NCBI GenBank assembly: GCA_963705305.1
Contig: OY970067.1
Coordinates: 1,440,001 to 1,504,000, forward strand
Length of the DNA: 64,000 nucleotides
Direction: 5' to 3'
Source: an uncultured Methylomirabilota bacterium
GTDB taxonomy: Bacteria > Methylomirabilota > Methylomirabilia > Methylomirabilales > 2-02-FULL-66-22
Within the stretch, counting starts at the first letter, position 1; every line of letters starts with the position of its first letter. Made by a program: the position numbers and the translations under genes. Shown piece after piece: positions 1 through 9,954 of the stretch. The notes beneath the pieces are model-generated. The model was given only the letters and a program-made list of their open reading frames with translations. It did not search any database and was not told the origin of the DNA.

Positions 1-943
1 CGGATCGGATGAGGGGCAGGAGACCCCGGATACGCTTCGCCACCTCCACCGCGTTGGAGCCCGCCTGGCGGTTGACGGCCACGATGACGGTGGCCGTGGG
101 CACGGAGTAGCCGCGGGCCCAGAACCGCATGGTGATGCGCTCGTCCTGCACCGAGTCGCGGGCCCGGGCCACGTCGCGCAGGTACACCGGCGCGCCGTCC
201 TTGCTGGCGACGATCAGGTCGTTGTACCCCTGGGCGCGCTCCAGTTGGCCCAGGGGGCGGAGCAGCAGCGTGCCCTCCGCCGAGTCGAACTGCCCCGCGC
301 CGACGGTGCTGGTGCCGTTCTGGACCGCCTGGGTGAGGTCGTCCACGGAGATGCCGCGCGCCCACATGGCGGCCGGATCGGCCTTGATCCGGATGGCGGA
401 CTTGGTGCCGTAGACGTTCACGCGACTCACGCCCGGCAGGATGCTGATCCGCTGCCCCATCTGGGTGCTGGCATAGTCGTAGAGCTGCCCCGGCGTGACC
501 GAGTCGCTGGTCAGGGCGATGTAGATGATGGGCTGGTCGTTGGGGTTGGTCTTAGAAAAGGTCGGCGGCGACGGCAGGTCGACGGGAAGGCTGCCGGTGG
601 CCTGCGAGATGGCTGTCTGCACGTCCGTGGCGGCGGCGTCGATGCTCTTGTCCAGCGCGAACTGCAGAATAAGGCTCACGTACCCCTGGGTGCTCTTGGA
701 GGTGATCAGCTCCAGGCCGTTGATCTGCATGAACTGCCGCTCGAGCGGGGTGGCAATGCTGTTCGCCACCGTCTCGGGACTGGCGCCCGGGTAGCTGGCC
801 TGGACCTGGATGACGGGATAGTCCACGGCCGGCAGGTCGTTCACGGGGAGCTGCCGGTAGCTGAGCACGCCGAAGAGGATCACCGAGACGGTCAGGACCG
901 CCGTCATGACCGGGCGGCGGATGAAGCGCTCGGAAAAGTTCAT
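1..943 (-). CDS. RND efflux transporter permease subunit (MdtB/MdtC/AcrB family), 5' part; runs off the window
   Basis: Manual translation from ATG 943: MNFSERFIRRPVMTAVLTVSVILFGVLSYRQLPVNDLPAVDYPVIQVQASYPGASPETVANSIATPLE, a typical RND N-terminus; start overlaps the stop of the upstream adaptor (ATGA). Confidence 0.93.
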   Translation of the reverse strand, partial: MNFSERFIRRPVMTAVLTVSVILFGVLSYRQLPVNDLPAVDYPVIQVQASYPGASPETVANSIATPLERQFMQINGLELITSKSTQGYVSLILQFALDKSIDAAATDVQTAISQATGSLPVDLPSPPTFSKTNPNDQPIIYIALTSDSVTPGQLYDYASTQMGQRISILPGVSRVNVYGTKSAIRIKADPAAMWARGISVDDLTQAVQNGTSTVGAGQFDSAEGTLLLRPLGQLERAQGYNDLIVASKDGAPVYLRDVARARDSVQDERITMRFWARGYSVPTATVIVAVNRQAGSNAVEVAKRIRGLLPLIRS

Positions 944-2259
944 GACTTGGCCCCCGGCGGTGTGCCGGGCGGCCCCGCGGCGGGCGCAGGCTCCTCGATG
1001 CGGACCTTGCCGCCCGGGGTCACCCCCAACTGCCCGGCGACGACCACCCGTTCGCCCGGCGCCAGCCCCTGGTCCACCACCACCAGGTCCCCCTGCTGCT
1101 GCGCCAGCGTCACCGGACGCAGCTCGGCGGTGAGGTCGTTTTTCACGACGTAGACGAAGGGGCCCTTGGCCGACAGCTGCGGGGCGGCGGCCGGCACCAG
1201 CACGGCGCCCTGCCGCACGCGCAGGATGAGGCGAATCTTGACGAAGCGGCCCGGCCAGAAGCGGTGATCGGCGTTTCCGATGGTGGCCCGCAGCTTGATC
1301 GTGCCGGTGGCATCCTGGACGGCGTTATCCAGGAAGGTGAGGTTTCCGGGACGCGGCTCTCCGGGCCCATCGGGCAGACGCACCTCCGCGCGCAGCGTGC
1401 CCTGCGCCATGTGCTGCTGCACGGCGCTGAGGTCGCCCTCCGTGACGGTGAAGTCGGCGTAGATCGGGTCCAGTCGCTGGATGGTCAGGAGCGTGCTGCT
1501 GTTCGCGGTCACCACGTTCCCCACGTCGACGAGCCGCTCCCCGGCACGGCCGGCGATGGGCGCGCGGATGTTGGTGTAGCCCAGTTGAATCCGCGCGGTC
1601 TCTACGACGGCCTGATCGGCCTGAATGGCCGCCTTGGCGTTCTCCAACGAGGCCTCGGCGAGGGCAATCGCGGCCTTGGCATTCGTGACCGCCGCCTGGT
1701 CGGCCCGGACGGTCGCCTCCGCCGCCAGCGCCGCGGTGTGGACCTGGTCGTACTGCTCTCTCGAGATGGCCCCCTCATCCACCAGTTGCTTGTAGCGGCG
1801 GGCCTGCACATTGGCGTTCTCGAGCTGGGCCATGTCGCGCGCCAGGTTGGCCTCGGCCTGCACCTCCGCGGCGCGGCTCTGCGCCAGCGCCGCCTCGGCC
1901 TGCCGGAGCTGGGCCGTGTCCCGTCCCAGGTTCGCCTCGGCCTGGCGCAGCGCCGCCTCGAATGGCCGCTGGTCGATGGTGAAGAGCGGGTCGCCTGCCT
2001 TCAGGTCGACCCCGTCGCGGAAGTGGATGGCCGTGATGGGCCCGGAGACCTGAGGCTGGACCGAAACCGCCTCGGACGCGACGGTCTTGCCGACCTCGTC
2101 CAGGTAGACGGGCACGTCCTGCGCCACCGCCGTCGCGACGGCGACGGGCGCCGGCGGCCGGTCGAACGCCTGCGGGGGCGTCTGCTCGCACCCGGCGGCC
2201 AGGGCCAGGCAGGCGACTCCCGCCAGCAACCGGGTTGCGGCCATGCGACTCATATTCAT
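940..2259 (-). CDS. RND efflux periplasmic adaptor (MdtA-like membrane fusion lipoprotein)
   Basis: Lipoprotein-like signal (LALAAGC), coiled hairpin, IRAPIAGRAG, FLDNAVQDATGTIKLRA; ATG 2259 follows a GAGG RBS, so the ORF-track start at 2724 is too long. Confidence 0.92.
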   Translation of the reverse strand: MNMSRMAATRLLAGVACLALAAGCEQTPPQAFDRPPAPVAVATAVAQDVPVYLDEVGKTVASEAVSVQPQVSGPITAIHFRDGVDLKAGDPLFTIDQRPFEAALRQAEANLGRDTAQLRQAEAALAQSRAAEVQAEANLARDMAQLENANVQARRYKQLVDEGAISREQYDQVHTAALAAEATVRADQAAVTNAKAAIALAEASLENAKAAIQADQAVVETARIQLGYTNIRAPIAGRAGERLVDVGNVVTANSSTLLTIQRLDPIYADFTVTEGDLSAVQQHMAQGTLRAEVRLPDGPGEPRPGNLTFLDNAVQDATGTIKLRATIGNADHRFWPGRFVKIRLILRVRQGAVLVPAAAPQLSAKGPFVYVVKNDLTAELRPVTLAQQQGDLVVVDQGLAPGERVVVAGQLGVTPGGKVRIEEPAPAAGPPGTPPGAKS

Positions 2260-2609
2260 CCCTGTTCCTCTCGTCCGGATTGCCCCGACCCTGTGTGTAT
2301 ACCGGCGGGCCCGACACCTCTCGACGCAGGCACAATCGCCTCCAGCCCGCCGTTGCTCGCGTACCGAGGACGCGGTGCGCAGCGCCCCGCCTCGTCTCGG
2401 CTCCGGGGGGCGAAACGGCCCGGGAGGGGGTGCCGGACGCCGGACGAGAGAATGCCTCGGGGGTGACACGGAACCGCGGGGAGGGCGGATTCGCTCGTGG
2501 CTCCAACCGCTCGCGTGCCCGACGGCCCTTCCCGACGGCTGCGGTGGCGCTTCGTAGTCGCGAGAGTATACCCCATGCCTGCCCTCCCCGCCGCAAGAAA
2601 TCGAATTTG

Positions 2610-2636
2610 GGGGACGTTGCTTCCTTATTCTCCTTA
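2610..2636 (+). repeat. Solitary GGGGACGTTGC end-motif related to the transposase ends at 26.8/27.9 kb
   Basis: GGGGACGTTGC followed by TCCTTA twice at 9-bp period; intergenic. Confidence 0.45.
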
Positions 2637-2750
2637 CGCGAAGTCTGCCATCGTGAAGGCAGGGGGATCCTGCCGGATCTCTTGGGGAATCGCTGTCGGA
2701 TATCGACGCGTGTCCCTCTCGCACCGGGACGAAATAGAGCCCTTGTGTGC

Positions 2751-2784
2751 CTGGGAAATCACTGGGAAATCTCTGGACTTGACA
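2751..2784 (+). promoter_or_regulatory. Direct repeat CTGGGAAATC x2 (11-bp period) upstream of a TTGACA
   Basis: Copies at 2751-2760 and 2762-2771; TTGACA at 2779-2784; no well-spaced -10 found. Confidence 0.3.
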
Positions 2785-2935
2785 GGGCGCCGCTCCGGGG
2801 CGAACCTAGAGTAGAGTTGAAATGCCGGGTGGACCGGATGGTCCCGCTCCCGGTGCGGCCAAGAGGGCCCTGGAGCTTCGCGGGGGACGCGGACCCAGGG
2901 CCTTTGTGTTTGGAGGTATTGCCCTGGGGTGTGCC

Positions 2936-3454
2936 GTGAACGGATTCCATGTGGATGCCGTCGGCTGGGTCCTGACGGTTAACGCGCGCGCGCTGAGCCG
3001 ACAGGAAGCCCGCGAGTTGTCCAATCTGTGGATCGAACTCATGCACACCCGCACCCAGGATTTCAGGGGAGCACCATTCCTGTACCGCCTGCTCTTCCCT
3101 CGCTCGACCCGCCTCTCGGACAAGACCATGACGGCGTTCGCAGCGCTCGTGGAGCGCATGGCCGCCCTGCACCCCGAGCGCTTCGGCGGAGATGCCCTGC
3201 GCCGGCGCCGCGATCACTGGTTGTTTCAGGCCGCGCTCGGCTTCCTCCTGGGGACTCTCGCCGCGACCTTTCTCTCCTTGGCCTGGCCCCTCGCCAGGGA
3301 GGCGGTGCTGACGCTCTTCCTGATGGGCCTCGGCTTCCTGATTCCCATGATCACCCTCTGGCGTGCCGCGGCGGCCGTGAGGTACTTCAGCGTGAACGAA
3401 CACTGGAAGTGGCACCTCCTGCACCGTCATTCGAACCCCTTCCTCCACAGGTAG
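2936..3454 (+). CDS. Hypothetical membrane protein (two C-terminal hydrophobic segments); start uncertain
   Basis: ORF 2822..3454 with TM-like WLFQAALGFLLGTLAATFLSLAW and VLTLFLMGLGFLIPMITLW; GTG 2936 chosen as a plausible start. Confidence 0.6.
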   Translation: MNGFHVDAVGWVLTVNARALSRQEARELSNLWIELMHTRTQDFRGAPFLYRLLFPRSTRLSDKTMTAFAALVERMAALHPERFGGDALRRRRDHWLFQAALGFLLGTLAATFLSLAWPLAREAVLTLFLMGLGFLIPMITLWRAAAAVRYFSVNEHWKWHLLHRHSNPFLHR

Positions 3455-3929
3455 CCAGAGACCAAACGGAACACCGGAAAGAGGCGCGAGGGAGGCGCGC
3501 CAAGCGTCGGAGTGTAACTTCGGACGCAATGCTCCCCCGTCTGGTCAGACGCCTCCCTTTTCAACTTCCCGCTACCTCTGACATCCTCAGTCTCCGCCAG
3601 AGATTGGGGCAAGAGGCGTCGCTGCCCCGGGGTTTGCAAGCCGTTAATGCGCCCGGACCGTCTTTTGACGCCCGGGATGACCATCCGAGGATACTCTTCA
3701 CCGTACCTCTAAGCTGGCGCTCCGCGCGGTGGCGTACCGCCCGCTGGGGGCCGCCGCGGTACTCCGCCGGTACCTGTGAATCTATGGGGCGGGCGGAGGG
3801 ATGATCCCGTTCATCGGCATCAAGGCGGCTCGACCTGCTCCTCATCGACCTGTGTCTCCCCTGAGGAGAGCTCGCAAGCGAAGGCTCCTGCAGCCCGCCA
3901 CCACGTCCCTGGCCGTGCCGACGGGCTTC

Positions 3930-4063
3930 ACGGCCTGCGGGCTCGATGAAACCGTGGTGCGCCACGCGGTTGAGCGGTATACTGGGGGCCGACAGTTCGG
4001 GCTCTGGGTGAGCCTCGGGTGAATGTCCTGGAGCTGAACCGCGCCCTGGATGCCATGCGATAA
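3930..4063 (+). pseudogene. kdpC: kdpC 3' remnant (K+-transporting ATPase C subunit) with a frameshift
   Basis: Reads TACGLDETVVRHAVERYTGGRQFGL/(-1 nt near 4004)/GEPRVNVLELNRALDAMR*, the conserved KdpC C-terminus, directly upstream of kdpD. Confidence 0.85.
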
Positions 4064-4101
4064 GCGATGTCCCATCCCGCCGGGAGGCGGGCGCTGCCGC
4101 C

Positions 4102-6793
4102 ATGGACGAGCATCGACCCGATCCGGAGGCCCTGCTGGCGCGCGCGCAGGCCGAAGATGCCCGCCGCCGCCGGGGTCGGCTCAAGGTCTTCCTGGGCGCC
4201 GCCGCCGGGGTCGGCAAGACCTACGCCATGCTGGAGGCGGCCCACGAATGGCGGGCCACGGGCCTCGAGGTCGTGGTGGGTTGTGTCGAGACCCACGGCC
4301 GTCCCGAGACCGAAGCGCTCCTCAAAGGACTAGAGATCCTGCCGCCCCGGATGCTTGCATATCGAGGGGTCAGCCTCCGGGAATTCGACCTGGATGGCGC
4401 CCTTGCCCGACATCCCGCGCTCCTCCTGGTAGATGAGCTGGCCCATACCAACGCGCCCGGCTCCCGGCACGCGAAGCGATGGCAGGATGTCGCCGAGCTT
4501 CTCGAGGCCGGCGTCCATGTCTATACCACCCTCAACATCCAACACGTGGAAAGTCTGAATGATGTGGTGGCCCAGATCACGGGCGTGGTCGTCCGCGAGA
4601 CGGTCTCCGATTCGATCCTGGACCGCGCCGACGAGATCGCGTTGATCGATCTGCCCCCCGACGAGCTCTTGCAGCGCCTGGCGGAGGGCAAGGTCTATGT
4701 CCCACGGCAGGCCGAAGAGGCCGTCCACAACTTCTTCCGAAAGGGGAACCTCATCGCCCTGCGGGAGCTCGCCCTCCGCCGGACCGCCGATCGCGTGGAC
4801 GAGCAGATGCAGGATTACATGCGAGACCACGCCATCGCCCGCACTTGGCCGACGACGGAGCGCATCATGGTCTGCGTGCGCGCCGGACCGCTGGGAACCA
4901 AGCTGGTCCGCGCGGGGTGTCGCCTGGCCGCCAGGTTGCACGCGGAGTGGCTGGTCGCCTCCGTTGAAACGCCGGGGCGGGGTGGGCTCTCGGGACAGGA
5001 CCGCGAGGGGCTGGCGGAGACCCTCCGCCTGGCCGAACGGCTGGGCGGGCATGCCGTCACGCTGAGCGCCGAGCGCGCCAGCGACGAGATCCTGGCCTAC
5101 GCGCGGGCTCGCAACGTCAGCAAGATCGTGGTGGGCAAGCCCGCACGAGCCCGCTGGAAAGATATCCTCTTCGGCTCGGTAGTGGACGATCTGATCCGCC
5201 GCAGCGGCGATATCGACATCTACGTCATTCGGGGCGACGAGGAGGGGCCTGATGCCCCCCGACCCCCGCGCGGCCTCGTGCCGGTCAACTGGGGAGACCT
5301 CCGCTGGGTGGCCGGAATGGTGGGGCTATGCACGCTGCTCGGCTGGGCGATGTCTCCTTATGCCGAGCTGTCCAACGTAGTCATGGTGTACCTGTTGGGC
5401 GTGATCGCCATCGCCCCTCGGATCGCGCGGCGCTTCACGATTCTGGCCTCCCTGCTGAGCGTGGCAGCGTTCGACTTCTTCTTCGTCCCACCCTACTTCA
5501 CGTTCGCCGTCTCCAACGTCCGGTACCTGGTCACCTTCGCCGTAATGCTTATCGTCGCGATCCTGGTCAGTGGGATGACGCTGCGCATCCGGCAGCAGGC
5601 GGATGCCTCGCGCCACCGGGAGCGGCGCACGGTGGCCCTGTATCAGTTGAGCCGCGAGCTGGCCAGCACCCGGGGGGAGGAGGGGCTGCTGCGGGCTGCC
5701 TGCCGCCACATGAGTGAGGTCTTTGCCAGCCAGGTGGTCGTGCTGCGCCCGGGGCCGGGCGGCGCGCTGGTGCCGCGGGCGGGCTATCCCACGGCCTTCG
5801 AGAATCGACGGGGACGAGATCGGGGTTGCGCAGTGGGTCTACGAGCACCGCCAGGTGGCCGGCCTGGGGACCGAGACCCTTCCCGGTGGCCGCGCCCTGT
5901 ACCTGCCGCTGGTCGCCCCGCGGGGGATCATGGGGGTGCTGGGGCTGAAGCCGCCCGCGGCCGCCACGCTGGCCGACCCCGAGCAGCTGCACCTGCTGGA
6001 AACCTTCGCCAATCAGACGGCGCTGGCCATCGAACGGGCGATGCTGGCCGAGGAGGCCCAGCGGGCGCAAGTCGAGGTCGAAGCCGAGCGGCTGCGGAGC
6101 GCCTTCCTGAGCTCCGTCTCGCACGACCTGAAGACGCCCCTGGCCTCCATCACCGGGGCGGCGAGCAGCCTGCTGGAAGGCGAGCAGTACATCGACCCCA
6201 AGAGCCGCCGCGAGCTCATCGAGGGGATCCATGAAGAAGCCGATCGGCTGAATCGCGTCGTCAGCAACGTCCTGGACATGAGCCGGCTGGAGTCGGGCCC
6301 GATCACCCTCCGGCGAGACTGGCATCCCCTGGAGGAGGTGGTGGACGCGGCCATCGCCGGGGTGCACAGCCGGCGGGAAAAGCGCGTCATCACCAGGGAT
6401 CTTTCCCCGGCGCTGCCCCTGGTTTCGATCGACGGCGTCCTGATCGGGCAAGTGCTGGCCAACCTGCTCGATAATGCGATCAAATACACGCCGCCCGACA
6501 GCTCCATCCGGGTCTCGGCCCGACCAGAGGAGGGCGGCGTCCTGGTGGAGGTGGCCGATTCGGGACCCGGCCTGCCTCCGGGGAGCGAGCAGCGCCTCTT
6601 CGAGAAGTTCTATCAGGCCGGGCCGGGCGGCCGCCGTGGAGGGGTAGGGCTTGGACTCGCGATCTGTCGGGCCATCGTGGATGCCCATGGCGGACACATC
6701 TGGGCGGAAAATCGTCCGGAGGGCGGTGCTGTATTCCGATTCACACTCCCCACCCGGGGGGCACCCCCCCGCATGGATGACGAAGATGGGTGA
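4102..6793 (+). CDS. kdpD: Sensor histidine kinase KdpD, split by a +1 frameshift near 5803
   Basis: GRLKVFLGAAAGVGKTYAML, VDELAHTN, USP domain and 4 TMs in ORF 4102; GAF, SHDLKTPL, NLLDNA, GLGLAIC in ORF 5714; removing one A in TTCGAGAATCGAC joins them. Confidence 0.93.
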
Positions 6794-7493
6794 GCCTGCC
6801 GAGCTCCGGCCGTCGGTGGTCATCATCGAAGACGAGCTACCAATCCGCCGCTTCCTGCGGACGACGCTGGCGGCGCAGCAGTACCATATCTATGAGGCCG
6901 CAACGGGCGCGGCCGGGCTGCTGGAAGTCGCCATGCGGCAGCCCGATGTGGTGATCCTGGATCTCGGCCTGCCCGATATCGACGGCCTGGAGGTCATTCG
7001 GCGGCTGCGGGAATGGAGCCATGTCCCCATCGTCGTGCTCTCGGTGCGCGGCCGGGAGCAGGACAAGGTCGCGGCCCTGGATGCCGGGGCCGACGATCAC
7101 CTCAGCAAGCCCTTCGGGGTGGCGGAGCTTCTAGCGAGGCTTCGGGTGGCGCTGCGCCGGGGGAGCCCGAGCGGGCAGTCCGGCGACGCCGCCGCATTTT
7201 CGGTGGGAGAGCTCACGGTGGATCTGGCCCGACGACGCGTACTCATGGGCGGACAGGAGATCCGGCTCACCGCGCAAGAATACAAGCTTCTCCTGGCGCT
7301 GGTCAGGCACGCGGGAAAGGTTCTGACCCACCGGCAGCTCCTGCTCGAGGTCTGGGGGCCCAATTACACCGATCAGGCCCACTACGTTCGCGTCTATATG
7401 GCGCACCTGCGGCAGAAGCTGGAGAAGGATCCCGGTTGCCCCCGGTACCTGATCACCGAGCCGGGGGTCGGCTACCGCCTGGCGGCGGAATGA
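6786..7493 (+). CDS. kdpE: Response regulator KdpE
   Basis: OmpR-family receiver and winged helix (ILDLGLPDIDG, KVLTHRQLL, LRQKLE, TEPGVGYRL); overlaps the kdpD stop. Confidence 0.93.
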   Translation: MGEPAELRPSVVIIEDELPIRRFLRTTLAAQQYHIYEAATGAAGLLEVAMRQPDVVILDLGLPDIDGLEVIRRLREWSHVPIVVLSVRGREQDKVAALDAGADDHLSKPFGVAELLARLRVALRRGSPSGQSGDAAAFSVGELTVDLARRRVLMGGQEIRLTAQEYKLLLALVRHAGKVLTHRQLLLEVWGPNYTDQAHYVRVYMAHLRQKLEKDPGCPRYLITEPGVGYRLAAE

Positions 7494-7582
7494 TGGGGAG
7501 CGAGAATCGCGTGCGGACTATTGCAGCGCAACTTCCGGTGCAGCGCTCCCATTTCGGCGGCGCGGCAGGAGTCAGGTCCGGG

Positions 7583-7834
7583 TCATAGGCTTCGTGGGCG
7601 GTGGCGGATGCTCGCCGGGGGCTTCGGGCGGGTCGCCGGCACAAGGCCCCGGCGGCGATCCGTCCGCCGGCGGTTGACGGGAACCTCTTTGGGTTGGCTG
7701 CGACGGTCGCCATAGCGGCGCTCCTGGATCACCCGGATGTCCGTGCGATCCTGGAAGGCGGTCGCCAGCTCGCGCTGCATCTGGGAGGCTCCCCGCCTGA
7801 GGATCACCCAGTACATGTCCTCGCCCCTTGGCAT
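7583..7834 (-). CDS. Small Arg-rich hypothetical protein
   Basis: 83-aa ORF 19 nt downstream of the epimerase on the same strand; VIQERRYGDRR...RRRTDRR. Confidence 0.55.
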   Translation of the reverse strand: MPRGEDMYWVILRRGASQMQRELATAFQDRTDIRVIQERRYGDRRSQPKEVPVNRRRTDRRRGLVPATRPKPPASIRHRPRSL

Positions 7835-7853
7835 GGCGTCGCAGCGGGCGTCG

Positions 7854-8747
7854 TCAGACCCCCAGGCGTCCGGCCAGCTGCTCCAGGTAGGCCTTGGATT
7901 CCTTCACCTGCGCATCCAGGTCCGGGACGCCCCCGACATCCACGGCCACGGACCCGGCGAAGCCGTGCTTCTTGAGGGCCAAGAGCAATCCCTCCCAGTC
8001 CACGGTCCCGCGTCCCACGGCCAGGTGCTGGTTGGTCTGGCCGTCGTTATCGGACGCATGGACGGCGTAGACGCGGCCGCCCAGCTTCTCAACGCTGAGG
8101 GACAGGATCTCCTTCTGGGCGTGCAGGTGGCCGGTGTCCAGGACAGCGCCAAAATTGTCGGCATCGACCGCCTCCATCAGGCGCAGGAGAGCGTCGGTGT
8201 TGCTGATGATCTCTCCCACGCGCGGCTCCAGGCAGAGCTTCAACGCGGCCCGGTCGGCCTCGTCGGCGCAGGCCCCGATGCTGTCGGTCACCCAGCCCCA
8301 GAGATCGTTCCAGTGAAATTCCGGATCCACCGTGACCTGGTAGCGCTGACCGAAGGCCACGGACTGGGCGTAGGGAGCTTCGCCCACGAACGTCAGCGGC
8401 GGCGTGAAACTGTCGGTCTGGATCGTCTCGCAGCCGAAGAAGGTGGCCGCCTCCACCCCCAGCTTGAACAGGTCCAAGGCCTGAATGCGTCGGGCTTTCT
8501 CGGGGTGGACCAGATCGGGAAGCACGGGGCAGAAGTTGACGATGCGAAGCCCCAGGTCGTCGCAGCGCCGCTTGAGGCGCTCCCGGTCATTATAGACGGC
8601 CCGCAGGTTCTCCTCGCGCACCCCCTCCAGCTCGACAAGGGTGAAGCCGAGCCCGGCCATCTCTTCAAAGGCCGTGTAGGTGTCGGGAAGGCTGGGCGGA
8701 TAGCCGTACTTGGTGATCGCATACAACCAGCAGCAGCTGATCTTCAT
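7854..8747 (-). CDS. Sugar phosphate isomerase/epimerase family (xylose isomerase-like TIM barrel)
   Basis: CLEP, LDTGH, VHASDNDG, HLAVGRGTVDW motifs; GAGGAG RBS before ATG 8747. Confidence 0.88.
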   Translation of the reverse strand: MKISCCWLYAITKYGYPPSLPDTYTAFEEMAGLGFTLVELEGVREENLRAVYNDRERLKRRCDDLGLRIVNFCPVLPDLVHPEKARRIQALDLFKLGVEAATFFGCETIQTDSFTPPLTFVGEAPYAQSVAFGQRYQVTVDPEFHWNDLWGWVTDSIGACADEADRAALKLCLEPRVGEIISNTDALLRLMEAVDADNFGAVLDTGHLHAQKEILSLSVEKLGGRVYAVHASDNDGQTNQHLAVGRGTVDWEGLLLALKKHGFAGSVAVDVGGVPDLDAQVKESKAYLEQLAGRLGV

Positions 8748-9046
8748 GGTGGCTCCTCGGAGGTGATTGCGAACCCGGGGGCGTCGGCGCGGGCGAATGG
8801 GGCCGCACGCCCGAGAACCCAGGCCCACACCATGATCTTCACGGTCAGGCCCTGGCGGAGAGATTATGCGCGATCCATTCCGGCGTCAAGCCGGTTTTGG
8901 GGTCCCGGCCTCCAGGGGTCGGCCCCGCACACCCATCCGGGTTGCCGCCGATCCGCCGTCGGTGTATCCTTGCCGCTGCGTTCTCCATGACGATCCTGCA
9001 GGGGCGCTCCCGAAGGTGCGCGACGGGACACCGAGCAGAGGCGAGT

Positions 9047-9547
9047 ATGGCACGCGATCGCCGAACCTCAGCAGGGAAGGACAGCGCGCGGGGTGGTCCG
9101 GGGCGCGGCCCTGACGGCGCCACCGGCCTGGCGCTGCTCGTGGCCCGGGTGTATACGGGCCAGTTCTTTCTGCGGGCCGGCCTCCGTAAGGTCGCCAGGG
9201 GCTTCCTCCTGGGGGAGGGGCTCCTGCCCCAACTGCAGCAGTTCGCGGCCCACACACCGCATGCCTGGTTCAAAGCTTGGCTTGCCGGGGTGGTGATTCC
9301 CCACGACCACCTCTTTGCGCTCCTGACCTGCCTGGGTGAGTTGCTCGCCGCCGCCGGGCTGATCGCCGGGGTGCTGACCAGATATGCCGCCGCAGGCGGC
9401 GTTTTCATGGTGGTGAACTATTTGTTCAGCAAGGGCTGGCCCAATCCTGCCGCGACCGCGGACAAGCACTTCCTGGTTCTCCTGCTGGTGGTTCTCATCG
9501 GCGGCGCCGGGCGCTGGAGCGTGGACGGGTGGCGCCGCCGCCGCTGA
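9047..9547 (+). CDS. DoxX-family membrane protein
   Basis: [40 protein letters not shown]. Confidence 0.8.
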   Translation: MARDRRTSAGKDSARGGPGRGPDGATGLALLVARVYTGQFFLRAGLRKVARGFLLGEGLLPQLQQFAAHTPHAWFKAWLAGVVIPHDHLFALLTCLGELLAAAGLIAGVLTRYAAAGGVFMVVNYLFSKGWPNPAATADKHFLVLLLVVLIGGAGRWSVDGWRRRR

Positions 9548-9560
9548 CCGGGAGTTTCGT

Positions 9561-9953
9561 ATGCCCACACAGCCCTCCAAGGCGCTGCAGACCTTCCCCA
9601 ATCCGAATCCGGGCCGCGACTATGAGATCAGCTTCGAGTGTCCGGAGTTCACGTGTCTGTGTCCGATGACCGGCCAGCCGGACTTTGCCATCATCCGCAT
9701 CCGGTACGTTCCGGACCGGCGGTGCGTGGAGTTGAAGTCGCTGAAGCTCTACCTCTGGTCATTCCGGACCGAGGGTCACTTCCATGAGGCCGTGACCAAT
9801 CGCATCCTGGACGATCTGCTGCGCGCCACCCACCCTCGTCGCATGACGGTGGTGGGGGACTTCTACGTCCGCGGCGGGATTCACACGGTAGTGACGGCCA
9901 GCCACGAGGCGCCGCGCCGGGGGCGATCGAAAGGCCGCGGGCCGCAGGGATAG
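9561..9953 (+). CDS. queF: NADPH-dependent 7-cyano-7-deazaguanine reductase (preQ1 synthase), type I
   Basis: [33 protein letters not shown]. Confidence 0.95.
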   Translation: MPTQPSKALQTFPNPNPGRDYEISFECPEFTCLCPMTGQPDFAIIRIRYVPDRRCVELKSLKLYLWSFRTEGHFHEAVTNRILDDLLRATHPRRMTVVGDFYVRGGIHTVVTASHEAPRRGRSKGRGPQG

Positions 9954-9954
9954 G

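Noticed and set aside
3455..3929. c-di-AMP riboswitch or small kdpF gene upstream of the kdp remnant
   Set aside because: No recognisable ydaO-type consensus or short hydrophobic ORF found by eye
4102..6793. Naturally split KdpD
   Set aside because: The first ORF runs into about 140 aa of out-of-frame sequence; a single-base fix restores one protein
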